A stretch of 61,973 nt of DNA, counting the filler, from Actinomycetota bacterium (lineage in GTDB: Bacteria > Actinomycetota > Actinomycetes > JAKEEW01): the NCBI GenBank assembly GCA_046725875.1. It is 5 parts of 5 records of this genome, joined end to end, with 100 filler letters (N's around TTAATTAATTAA, not from the genome) between each part and the next. Parts side by side here need not be neighbours in the genome. Positions count along the whole stretch, not along the records: positions 29,220 to 48,535 come from JBKOZJ010000045.1; positions 48,636 to 56,128 come from JBKOZJ010000047.1; 3 more parts are not named here. One strand, written 5' to 3'. The stretch's first letter is position 1. Each line of letters opens with the position of its first letter. This document shows, in pieces, positions 40,981 through 50,687 of this stretch. A program made the position numbers and the translations under genes. The notes below the pieces were generated by a model that saw only the letters and a list, made by a program, of their open reading frames with translations, was not told where the DNA came from and searched no databases.

Positions 40981-41158
40981 AACGGGGGCGGCCAGGTGAC
41001 CCTGTCACCATTCATCCCAGTTCGCCGAGATCCATTAGCTGCGATCATTTGGCGGCAAAGCCGTGGCATCGCCTGCTGGTTACAAAGGCCTCTCGACCGT
41101 GGCGTCCTCCTCGTGGCCCCGGATCCTGTCCAGGGTTGGTGGGGGTAGCGTTCATCAC

Positions 41159-41764
41159 ATGATCGTGGTGACTGCTGCGTTAAAGGGCGGTGTGGGCAAG
41201 ACGACTACATCGATCTATCTGGCCGCCCTCGCGACCGCCAACCGCAATGCCGCGACGCTCGTCGACGCCGATCCGCAGGCCAGCGCGGCCGAGTGGGTCG
41301 AGGCGGCGAACGACCAGGAGGAGCGCTTCGATGGCATTAACGTCGTCGAGGCGCCGACCGAGAGGTTGCTCGTTAAGACCTTGGACCGGCTGGAACCCGG
41401 CAGCACCGCCGTGGTGGATCCGCCACCGAGCCACGACCGCCTGCTCGGCAAGGCCATCGAGCGAGCCTCAGTGGTCGTGGTGCCGGCACGAGTCGGTGGG
41501 ATAGAGACGGCGCAGGCCCACGCGGCTCTTGAGATGGTGCCGGACGGGACGCCGGTCGGCCTGGTCATCTGCTCAGCCCGGACGTTCACCCGCAGCTACA
41601 GTGAGGCCATCGAGTACTGGCGACGGGCTGGAGTCAAGGTCTGGGGGACGGTTCCGGAGCGGGTGACGATCGCCGCCGGCCCGCGCGGACCGCTCGCCGC
41701 TGATGGGCTCGACGCATACCGCAAGGTCTGGCGGCGGGCGCTGGCTGCGGCCCGGTCGGCCTGA
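41159..41764 (+). CDS. ParA/MinD-family ATPase (orphan)
   Basis: Deviant Walker A KGGVGKTT, LVDADPQAS, VVDPPP. Confidence 0.88.
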   Translation: MIVVTAALKGGVGKTTTSIYLAALATANRNAATLVDADPQASAAEWVEAANDQEERFDGINVVEAPTERLLVKTLDRLEPGSTAVVDPPPSHDRLLGKAIERASVVVVPARVGGIETAQAHAALEMVPDGTPVGLVICSARTFTRSYSEAIEYWRRAGVKVWGTVPERVTIAAGPRGPLAADGLDAYRKVWRRALAAARSA

Positions 41765-41886
41765 CGAGGTCGGCGGATGCCCGCCGGACATATCCATGTC
41801 GGCGACGGCCGGCCGGCGACTCGCCGAGATGACCAGCTGCGGCTTGGAGGGCTAAGCTCCGCGTCAAGCCAATCCGCGCTGAGGTA

Positions 41887-42735
41887 TTACCTGAGATAAC
41901 GGCGGAACCACTCGGTTGCAGCTGCCTCGACGAGCTGAGCCTCGGCGCTGGGTGGCGCGGGCTCGATTCCGGGCTCTGCGGCGAAGGCATGCTGCATCCC
42001 GGGAATGCTCTGGTGGCTCACTCGTTGCGGGTCGTCATACCGCCGGCGAAGCTCCGCCTGCAGCCGCTGTGCCTGCAGCGGGAAGCCTGGATCATCCTCC
42101 ACACCGGTGATCAGCAGCAGCGCGGGCTGCGGATGGCGTGCGGCGATCTCACCCGCGCGGGCGACGAAGTCGAACCGGACTGCAACCGCACGCGAGGCGT
42201 CGCTCCACGGGTAGCTGACGCCGAACCGGCGCTCGTTCGCCGCAACCACCTCGGCGAGCTGGATGACCGGGCTGACCAGCGCCGCGGCGCTAACCTGTGC
42301 GACACCGTCGGCTATCACGAGCTGCGCGGGAAGGGCGCCCACCGAGGCTCCCACAAGGCCGATCGGACCGTCGCTGAGCGGCAGGCGGGCGCGTAGCTCG
42401 GCGAGAACTGCCGGGAACTCGTCCACGGCCTGGTTGACCTGCGGCTCAAACGCTTTCAGAACCGCGTCCTGGTAGCCCAGCTGCATGAACTCGTCCAGTC
42501 CGCCGGGCAGCTGTCGCCTGCCGTGCATCGGCAAGTCCAGGTAGACACGCCACGCCGCGACGCCCGTGAGCGGAAGCGCCGATGCCATCGCGGCCGCGCT
42601 GCGCGGCGGGTCGTTCAGGTGCCAGGCAATGATCAACGGCCCGGGCTCCCCGCCGCCATCCCACCCCCCGGGCGGCAGCGCCACATAGGGGACCTCTGCA
42701 GCGACACCGGTGAGGCCAGCACTTTCCTTGCCCAT
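41887..42735 (-). CDS. Alpha/beta fold hydrolase
   Basis: DLPMHG, nucleophile elbow GASVG, GMQHAF; GGAGG RBS. Confidence 0.82.
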   Translation of the reverse strand: MGKESAGLTGVAAEVPYVALPPGGWDGGGEPGPLIIAWHLNDPPRSAAAMASALPLTGVAAWRVYLDLPMHGRRQLPGGLDEFMQLGYQDAVLKAFEPQVNQAVDEFPAVLAELRARLPLSDGPIGLVGASVGALPAQLVIADGVAQVSAAALVSPVIQLAEVVAANERRFGVSYPWSDASRAVAVRFDFVARAGEIAARHPQPALLLITGVEDDPGFPLQAQRLQAELRRRYDDPQRVSHQSIPGMQHAFAAEPGIEPAPPSAEAQLVEAAATEWFRRYLR

Positions 42736-42850
42736 TCCTGCCTCCAGGTCCGCTCGTGCGGAAGAAACCTAGCAAAGATCGTGCGATACCCCACCGCGCC
42801 GGCTTCTGCCTGCACCGTTGGCGTCCCGAGCTCCCGGAGCCACGCTGTCG

Positions 42851-43924
42851 TTAGCTGGCGGTCCGACCGGCTGGATCGGTGAGCTGCTTACACCAGCGCG
42901 AGGCCGGATCAACGTATGGTCGAAGCAACGCGGTGAGATCCGGATCGCTTCGGCCGAGGAGTTCGTCGGACGCGACCCTTCGCGCCACTCCGGCGAGCAG
43001 GTCGGCCACCTGTACCCGGGAGTCGGTTCCCGAATCCACCTGACGGAATCGGATGAAGGGACCTCGTGCCGGGAGGCGGATCACTTCGAGCGGCGGCGCG
43101 GCCAGGATCTGCTCGAGTCGTCGGATCCGCCGCTCGGTCAGCGCGGACTGCTCGTCGTGGACGATGGCGACCGGATGCAGTCCACGACTCCAATGGAGCA
43201 CGGTGCGAGCGAGGGCCGGAATCAACGGTTCCAGGACGGGCTGCAGGACCCGATCCTCGAGCAGCCGGGCCCGAGCGGAATAGGCTTCGTGTCGTCGGTT
43301 GCGCAGCTCGTCGAGGATTCCTCCGACCCGGCCGCCACCGTCCAAGCTCCGGAGCACCTCGACGTGACCGAAGAACGCGTCGACAGGGATACGTACTCCG
43401 CGGCCGCGGTCTGCGCGCAGGGCCATGTTGGCGGCTGCTAGGAATGCCTGCCAGCGATCTCGACCGAAGCTGTCCTGGCCGGTGCGGCAGAGCCTGGTCG
43501 TCAGGCTCGCCAGTCGTTGGTCCGGGCGCAGTCCCAGGCTCACCGTGTCCGCAGAGCCCCCGATGAACAGGTCGAGAAGTCTGCCGAGCACGAAACAGGA
43601 CTTGTGGGTCAGATGGACACTGGCACGGCCGTGCACGGGACCGGACGGGCCGAGAAAGCCGGCGAGGTTCGATCCGCCCGTGGTCCGAAGCAGGTGCGAG
43701 GCCTTGTATTCGTAGCTGTGCTGCCCGGATCGGCCACGAAGTGCACGGATACATTCCGCCGCGACGTCGATGTCCAGCCGAACGCTGGCGTACGCGATGA
43801 CATCGGAGTTTCCGGCGGTGAGGTTGCTACCTTCCCAGCCCGACTCGTCACACGCGATCTCGAGGGAATGCTCGGTTGATGTCTGTGTAATCTCCACTGT
43901 CTTTCCTAGCACTCCAACGGACAC
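42851..43924 (-). CDS. DUF3800-like protein
   Basis: N-terminal IACDESG, EYKA, VHDEQ and C-terminal VQVADLLAGVAR match the DExG...QxAD signature recalled for DUF3800; start uncertain. Confidence 0.7.
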   Translation of the reverse strand: MSVGVLGKTVEITQTSTEHSLEIACDESGWEGSNLTAGNSDVIAYASVRLDIDVAAECIRALRGRSGQHSYEYKASHLLRTTGGSNLAGFLGPSGPVHGRASVHLTHKSCFVLGRLLDLFIGGSADTVSLGLRPDQRLASLTTRLCRTGQDSFGRDRWQAFLAAANMALRADRGRGVRIPVDAFFGHVEVLRSLDGGGRVGGILDELRNRRHEAYSARARLLEDRVLQPVLEPLIPALARTVLHWSRGLHPVAIVHDEQSALTERRIRRLEQILAAPPLEVIRLPARGPFIRFRQVDSGTDSRVQVADLLAGVARRVASDELLGRSDPDLTALLRPYVDPASRWCKQLTDPAGRTAS

Positions 43925-44201
43925 GTCGACCTGTGATCACGGATCGACGCTCACGTCAGTGGAGCTGCCAGAAGACATGGGACCAATCGTCGCCGCTTGA
44001 GCCCGGTTTCGCCAGCGACTTCTCTCCAAAGGCACGGCACCAGCCACATGCGGACGTCCTCGGGGATCGGCCTCCTCCGCCGCCGCCGGGAAGCCCGACT
44101 CGGTCGCTGAACAGCGCGAAGACGACCTTGGCTGCTCAAGCCGGCATCTCGACCGGACGGCTCGGCGGTTCAGGCGCGTCGGGGCGCGCGCTCCGGCGCG
44201 G

Positions 44202-44633
44202 TCAGTTAGGGCCGGAGGCGTTCGCCTCGAGCGCACGGATGCGGGCGCAGAGCGCCTTGAGCAGTGACTGGGCGACCTTTGGGTTCTCCCTGACCACCGG
44301 CGCGAAGGCCAGCGCGGACAGCGCGAACGTCCTCATGCCGTCCGGACCGGTGACCACCGAGGCGGACCGGGGCAGCCCATCGATCAGGGAGATCTCCCCG
44401 AAGTAGTCACCGACGGTCAGTGGGGGGCGCGGGACGCCGTTTACCGAGACCTCGGCCGAACCGGCCAGCACCACCTGCAGCCCGGCGTCCGAGCTGCCCT
44501 GCTCGACCACCGGACTGCCGGGCTGGGTGATCAGTGTGGTACCGCGATCGACGAGGTCGGACAGGACCTCGTCAGGCAGGCCCTCGAACAGGTCGATCCG
44601 CGCCAGCAGCTTCCGCACCGGTTCGTAACTCAT
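44202..44633 (-). CDS. Stand-alone cyclic-nucleotide-binding domain protein
   Basis: LFEGL, VEQG, GDYFGEISLIDGLPRSASV phosphate-binding cassette; no HTH follows. Confidence 0.9.
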   Translation of the reverse strand: MSYEPVRKLLARIDLFEGLPDEVLSDLVDRGTTLITQPGSPVVEQGSSDAGLQVVLAGSAEVSVNGVPRPPLTVGDYFGEISLIDGLPRSASVVTGPDGMRTFALSALAFAPVVRENPKVAQSLLKALCARIRALEANASGPN

Positions 44634-44889
44634 CCGAACCACCAATCGACCGTGCCCTTTGGCGAACACCACGGGCGGCTGTGAACTCGGCTAAGGGTAT
44701 AGCGGTCTGCGCCCGCAGTGCGCACCAGCTCCCGATCCAGGCGGGCGGCTGCGATCCACCCGCACAAAGCGGTGCTGCAGACCGCCCGCCGCGCCCAAGA
44801 CAGTCAGCGGTGGAAGGCCGTCTACCGAGCCGCCGGTGCCGACCGCGGAACGAGTCGACGGCTCGGTCCTACATTCATGATCGCGGAAA

Positions 44890-47382
44890 TCATGCCGGTA
44901 TGTGGCGCCGTGCCTCGGCGACTGCCTGCTCAAGCGTCAGCCCCGACCCCGCGCGGCGCTCGGCCTCGAACGTGGCGCCGAGGCGCTCGCGGGCGCCCGA
45001 CATCAAGTGCTCATAGCGCTGCCGTTCGTTCAGGAGCATCCGGAAGCCGAGCCGGTGTTCCTGATCCTCGGCGACTCCCCAAAGGTGCGCGGCTGCGTGC
45101 TCGTCGCCCTGCAGGGTCAGCGCGCAAGCGATGCCGGCCACGCAATAGATCTGCACGCGCCTGTATCCAGAAGTGACCGCGTATGTAAGCGCTTCCGCAA
45201 AACGGCGCAGCGCCGTGTCGGGATCCGAACGATCGAGCGAGAGGTCTCCAAGGCTGTGCAAGGTGCTTGTCAGCTGTTGATTGAAGCCGAGCTCTCGAGC
45301 ACGCGTCGCCGTATCTTCAAGAATGCGCTCACCCTCGTCGTAGTCGCCGCGGTCGCGGTACGCGTCGCCCAGCCAGTGGAGCTCAGTCAGTTTTGAGGCC
45401 TCGTTGCCGGCCTGCTCAAACAGTGGCAGCGCCTGTTTGTGGTAGGCGATGGCACCGTCGAAGTCACCGCGCCGCCACGCCACGCTGGCCAACCTGCTGA
45501 ACGCAACACCGAGCTCGTGCGGATCGTCCTGCACGCGGCGCAGTTCGAGCCCCTCCCGCCAGAACATCTCCGCTCCGTCGACGTCGTCGTACGTGTAGTA
45601 CGCGATTCCGCCCGCGGCCGCTAGGGCGGCGGCGCGGACGTTCAACGGGAGAGTCGCGTCGTCGACGGGCGCGTGTTCGAGCCAGTCTGCGGCATCGTGA
45701 TACTGCGCCATGCTCAGCCAGAACCGCCAAAGGGCTGCTCCGAGACGGAGCACGCCTTCGTGGCAGTCGTCCTCGACTAGCCCGGCGAGCGTAGCGCGAA
45801 AGCTCGGCAGCTCCCGCTCGAAGCGGTTGAGCGACTCCGCGCTCAGGTCACGCATCCCCGACAGCCGCTCACGCGCGCCGAGCTCTTCAGCGACACCGAG
45901 GAAGTAGTCGTCGTGGCGACGACGCAGCGACGACGCATCCGGCAGATCGCGCAGCTTCTCCAGCGCGAACTCCTTGATCGTCGCAAGCATGAAGAAGCGC
46001 CCGTCCTCGCCGTGCCGCAGCAGGCTCTTGTCGACCAGCGACTGTAGGACGTCGAGTTCGGCGGAACAGACGTCTTCCGCCGCCTCGAGCGCGAAGCTCC
46101 CGGCGAAGACGGCCAACCTTGCAAACAACCGTTGCTCGTCTCCCGTGAGGAGCCGATAGCTCCACTCGGCCGTTCCGCGCAGCGTGCGCTGCCGCTCGGG
46201 CGCATCGTGCGCACCAGACGTCAGCAAGTCGAGGCTGCCACCGAGGCGCTCAAGGATCTGTCCCGGTGTGAGCACCTTTACGCGTGCGGCAGCAAGCTCG
46301 AGCGCGAGGGGAAGGCTGTCGAGCCGCTCCGCGATCCGACGCACCGCCGCATCGGACTCGAAGCCGGGCTGCAGCTGCCGTGCGCGTAGCGTGAAGAGAG
46401 CCGCTCCGTCGTCGATCGACAGCGTCGGCATCGGAAACTCCTGCTCGGCGGCAATATTCAGGCGGCTTCGGCTCGTGGCGAGGATACGCGCGTCGAGGCG
46501 GACAACAACGTCGGCGGCGCCGGGGAGCAGCTGCTCGAGGTTGTCGAGCACGAGCAGCGTGCGCTTGCCCGCCAGGAACTCGTGCAGGTCGTCGGGACCG
46601 CCGACCACCCGCGCGATCGTCGGCTCGATCAGTTGCGCGTCCCGTACCGCGGCGAGCGAGATGAACCAGACGCCGTCGCCGTACCGCTCGACGCTCTCAG
46701 CCGCCGCCTGCAGCGCCAGCCGAGTCTTGCCCGAGCCGCCTGGGCCGGTGACTGTGACGATACGGTGCGAGTCGAGCAGGGCGAGCACCTCGGCCAGCTC
46801 GCGTTCCCGGCCGACGAACGGTGTCGGCTGCACCGGCAGGTTCGTCTGGTCGACGGTCTTCAATGGCGGAAACTCATCCTCGCCGAGCTGGTAGAGTCGC
46901 TCGGGCGCTGCAAGATCCCTTAGCCGGTGCACACCGAGGTCGCGCAGGCGATCTACGCGGACAAGATCGCGTGTTGCCTGCGAGAGAAGAATCTGACCCC
47001 CGTGACCGGCAGCGGCGATCCGCGCGGCGCGATGCACATCGATCCCTACGTACCCCTCTTCGGTCAGGGTTGGCTCGCCCGTATGCAGGCCCATGCGCAC
47101 TCGAATTGGCCCGCCGCGTAGCGAATCACGCGCCGCTGCTGCCGCGGCCAGGGCGTCGGACGCCTTTGCGAACGCTACGAAGAATGCGTCTCCCTGCGTG
47201 TCCACCTCCACACCGCCGTGGCGGGCGAACGCTCCCCGCAGCGCCTGACGGTGACCGGCCAGGACCTCCGCGTACTCGACGCCCCGCTCCTGCAGCAGCC
47301 GCGTCGAGCCCTCGATGTCGGTGAACAGGAACGTGACGGTGCCATCCGGGAGCGACACGTTTGAGCGCCCGCGCTCGACCAT
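44890..47382 (-). CDS. Class III cyclase - STAND NTPase - TPR multidomain protein
   Basis: FTDIEGST, QGDAFF, GIDVHRAARI; Walker A GPGGSGKT, Walker B LLVLDNLE, LPLALELAA; TPR-like C-terminus. Confidence 0.92.
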   Translation of the reverse strand: MVERGRSNVSLPDGTVTFLFTDIEGSTRLLQERGVEYAEVLAGHRQALRGAFARHGGVEVDTQGDAFFVAFAKASDALAAAAAARDSLRGGPIRVRMGLHTGEPTLTEEGYVGIDVHRAARIAAAGHGGQILLSQATRDLVRVDRLRDLGVHRLRDLAAPERLYQLGEDEFPPLKTVDQTNLPVQPTPFVGRERELAEVLALLDSHRIVTVTGPGGSGKTRLALQAAAESVERYGDGVWFISLAAVRDAQLIEPTIARVVGGPDDLHEFLAGKRTLLVLDNLEQLLPGAADVVVRLDARILATSRSRLNIAAEQEFPMPTLSIDDGAALFTLRARQLQPGFESDAAVRRIAERLDSLPLALELAAARVKVLTPGQILERLGGSLDLLTSGAHDAPERQRTLRGTAEWSYRLLTGDEQRLFARLAVFAGSFALEAAEDVCSAELDVLQSLVDKSLLRHGEDGRFFMLATIKEFALEKLRDLPDASSLRRRHDDYFLGVAEELGARERLSGMRDLSAESLNRFERELPSFRATLAGLVEDDCHEGVLRLGAALWRFWLSMAQYHDAADWLEHAPVDDATLPLNVRAAALAAAGGIAYYTYDDVDGAEMFWREGLELRRVQDDPHELGVAFSRLASVAWRRGDFDGAIAYHKQALPLFEQAGNEASKLTELHWLGDAYRDRGDYDEGERILEDTATRARELGFNQQLTSTLHSLGDLSLDRSDPDTALRRFAEALTYAVTSGYRRVQIYCVAGIACALTLQGDEHAAAHLWGVAEDQEHRLGFRMLLNERQRYEHLMSGARERLGATFEAERRAGSGLTLEQAVAEARRHIPA

Positions 47383-47617
47383 GGCGGCTAACCGTTCGGC
47401 TCGACCTTCAAGACTGTCACGATGCAGTGCACGCTACCGCGAGTAGATTCGCGGCGTGAGCGCGGCTGGCGGACACCACCCAGACACGGACAAAGCGCAC
47501 ATGATGCTCGAGACCCTACTCGCGCCCGCCGACTAGGACGGGAAGTCTCAGGCGGCGAGCACAATCTCCGCCAGGCCGAAGCGGCCGACGGCCCGCGATC
47601 ACCCACTCGGCGGACGG

Positions 47618-48435
47618 CTAGGCCACTGCCCGTGGGAAGGCAACCGGGCTGCGGATCCCGTTCTGGTCCACGGCACGAATGCCCATCTGGACGTTGTCCT
47701 TGGACATGTCGAGCGTGACCGTGGTGACGTTGCCGACGGGGAGCGCCTTAGTCCAGTCCGACTCCGTGGTCTCCCGCAGCACCACCTCGTATCCGGTCAG
47801 GCTGGTTTCTGGGTTGGCGTCCCCGGTGAGGGTGGTGATGGTGCCGGCGAAGTTGGCGGGCGGGTTCGTGTGGATCTGCACATTCTTGGGCGTGCTAGGA
47901 GGCCAGCCCCCACAATGCGGCCGCGTTCACCTTGGTCACCCGGGCGATGTAGTCGAAGTCCACGAAGTCGATCAGATCGCCGAGCTGCACGCCGTTGACC
48001 ACCTGTGTGTTCTGGTGCTCGTGGTTGAAGTTCTCCCGCGGCTCGGTGAACCTGGCGGCTGGGTAGCCCTGGCCTTGGAAGGAGACGTGGTCGCTGGCGC
48101 GGAGGTACCGGTCGCGCCGCCAGATCAGCCGGATGTTCATGCCGGTCAGGCCGAACGGCGCCACCGACTTTACGAACCGGCCAAGCTGGCGGGATAGCCC
48201 GTCGTTTTCACCGCCGACCGACTGCAGGAGTGCGACCTGACTTGGCGTCACGTTGGTCGGGACGCCTTCCAGGAACATCCGCAGAGTAAAGGGGTCAGGC
48301 TTCGTACCGTCGAAGGCCTCGCTGGCCCCGATGATGTCGTTGCTGAACATGCCCTGGACATCGTTTCCGGCCGACGCCATCTGCTGGGCCATGTAGGTGG
48401 AGCCGTACAGGCCCTGTTCCTCCCCGGCGACGCCC
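47618..48435 (-). pseudogene. M28 metallopeptidase remnant (5' truncated, frameshift near 47890)
   Basis: VAGEEQGLYGS, NDIIG, DRYLRASDH, HEHQ; C-terminal FN3-like part in a different frame. Confidence 0.82.
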
Positions 48436-48535
48436 CTGCGCTGCGGCCAACCCGCCTTGGCGGGACAGGCCGCTACCTCGCGGAGGTTCTTGATCCCTCC
48501 GTCACGCGTTCGGAGCGTCGTCCTCGTTGACCTCG

Positions 48536-48635
48536 NNNNNNNNNNNNNNNNNNNNNNNNNNNNNNNNNNNNNNNNNNNNTTAATTAATTAANNNNNNNNN
48601 NNNNNNNNNNNNNNNNNNNNNNNNNNNNNNNNNNN
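48536..48635. other. Artificial contig linker
   Basis: N44-TTAATTAATTAA-N44. Confidence 0.99.
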
Positions 48636-49379
48636 AAGCAGCTCGGTGCGCGGCTCGTGGCCGATGGCGACGAAGAGCCCGGTCACGTCCAGCGTGCTCT
48701 CGGCGCCGGTCTCGCGGTTCCGGATCCGAAGTCCGGAGACCTTGTGGTCGCCGAGGACGTCGACCACCTCGCTGTCCCAGACGAACTTGATCTTCGGGTT
48801 GTTGAACGCACGCTGCTGCATGATCTTGCTCGCCCGCAGCTGATCGCGGCGATGGATCACGGTAACCGAGTTCGCGAACCGGGTGAGGAAGGTCGCCTCC
48901 TCTACCGCCGAGTCGCCGCCGCCGACCACCGCGATGTCTTGACCCCGGAAGAAGAAGCCATCACAGGTTGCGCACCACGACACGCCGCGGCCGGTCAGCC
49001 GCTGCTCGTTGGGTAGTCCGAGCTCCCGATAGGCGGAGCCGGTGGCAATGATCACAGCGCGAGCTCGGTGAACCGAGCCATCGCCGGCGGTGATGACCTT
49101 CACGTCACCAGTCAGATCGACATCGATCACGTCGTCGGTGATGATCTGGGTGCCGAAGCGCTCAGCCTGCTTGCGCAGCGCATCCATCAGGTCCGGGCCC
49201 AAGATCCCATCTGGGAAGCCAGGAAAGTTCTCGACGTCGGTGGTGTTCATCAGGGCGCCGCCTGCCGTCACGCTGCCCTCGAACATCAGTGGCGCGAGGT
49301 TGGCACGACTCGCATAAATCGCGGCCGTGAAGCCGGCCGGACCGGAGCCGATAATGATCACGTTGCGAACGTCGCTCAC
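48636..49379 (-). CDS. trxB: Thioredoxin reductase (3' end cut by contig end)
   Basis: [30 protein letters not shown]. Confidence 0.96.
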
Positions 49380-49431
49380 GGTGACCTTCCCTCGCCATCA
49401 GAGACCACCCGCTGCGGACTCCGCCTGGGGG

Positions 49432-49458
49432 AACCGATCCTAGGGGACAAAGATTCCC
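49432..49458 (-). promoter_or_regulatory. SigR/SigH-type promoter of trxB
   Basis: Minus strand GGGAAT-N18-GTT about 50 nt upstream of the trxB start. Confidence 0.75.
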
Positions 49459-49574
49459 GCCAAAGGGCATATCACCACCCACGCAGGGCCCTAACGGTGG
49501 CGTGCGTCGCGACGCCGCCTGAGAGCAGGAATACGGCGAAGTTGGGACGAGGAACACTGGCTGGGCGGTGATGA

Positions 49575-50687
49575 TCAGGGCGTAGTAGTGCCCGACGGCT
49601 CCGCCGCCGGGGAAGACGGTGCCGGTGATGAGGGAGCCGATGATGAGGGCGTCAGTGACGGGGAGGGCGTGACCGGCCGACGGACGGTCGTCTGGGCGAG
49701 AGTGGTCGTGGACGAACCCCTTCCGCAGCTCTCCGATACGACGTAGACGAAGGCGTTGGTAGCGTCCGCCGGATCGGGCACGACGATGATGGCTGCTGGT
49801 TTGCCGCTATAGAAGGCGATATCGACCACTATGGGGACAGCACCTTGAGCCTTGATGCTGTGGATACATGCCTCCAGTACGGCTGGCTGGCTGAGCCGCC
49901 CATATAGCGCGCTTAGCTGCGCCGGCAATGATTCCCTGTCACGCGAGCCGGAGCCGGGACTGGGCCCGCCGGACGCTTCCCCGTCAGTGCGCGGCGCCGG
50001 CTCTTCCGCGGCCGACAATGGGTTCAGGGAGCTGTCCGTGCGAGTCGCGGCGAGCAGGCCGCTAACCCCGGCTGACAGGGTGTAGGCGGTGTACTGCCGG
50101 CCGGAGCTCACAACAGGGGGCAATCCGGCCGCTGTGGCAGCAGGGACGCTTCCCGAATTTGCATCCTCGTTTCCCTCGCCAGCCCCACCGCTGTCCTGGG
50201 TCGGCGTCTGGTCGGTCAGCGCGGGCGCGCCCCCAGCGGCCGTCGAGTCGTTCTGGTCGTCGGCCCTGAGCTGTGGATAGATCGCCGCGGCCCCGATCGT
50301 GACCAATATCGCTGCCAGCGCGGTTCCGAGCGCGGGCCGCCACCGGCGCCGCCGGCCGGGCGGCGATGTCGGGCGAGCCGCGGCTATCGCGGCCGGCTCC
50401 GCCACGTCTTCGGAGCGCCCGGTTGCGGCCGCCCGGACAAGTTCCTGCGACCCACGCTCCGCGGCGGTGATCGCAAGCGCTACGTCGATCCGCGCCGCCA
50501 CCGAAGCCGGCATGCGCTCGGGCGCTTCAGCGGCCAGGGCCGTGCGGATCTGGGCAATCCCGTCGCGAATCGAGGCGCACTCCGCGCACGTAGCGAGGTG
50601 CCGGTCGGCCGCGGCCGCCTCGCTGGAACCGAGCAGCCCCTCGAGATGATCCGCCACAGTGTGCGGAGGCAGGTGCTCAGGGGGCAT
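49575..50687 (-). CDS. Zinc-binding anti-sigma factor (RsmA-like)
   Basis: HLATCAEC (HxxxCxxC), one TM helix, extracytoplasmic tail; directly after sigM; AAGGAGG RBS. Confidence 0.85.
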   Translation of the reverse strand: MPPEHLPPHTVADHLEGLLGSSEAAAADRHLATCAECASIRDGIAQIRTALAAEAPERMPASVAARIDVALAITAAERGSQELVRAAATGRSEDVAEPAAIAAARPTSPPGRRRRWRPALGTALAAILVTIGAAAIYPQLRADDQNDSTAAGGAPALTDQTPTQDSGGAGEGNEDANSGSVPAATAAGLPPVVSSGRQYTAYTLSAGVSGLLAATRTDSSLNPLSAAEEPAPRTDGEASGGPSPGSGSRDRESLPAQLSALYGRLSQPAVLEACIHSIKAQGAVPIVVDIAFYSGKPAAIIVVPDPADATNAFVYVVSESCGRGSSTTTLAQTTVRRPVTPSPSLTPSSSAPSSPAPSSPAAEPSGTTTP

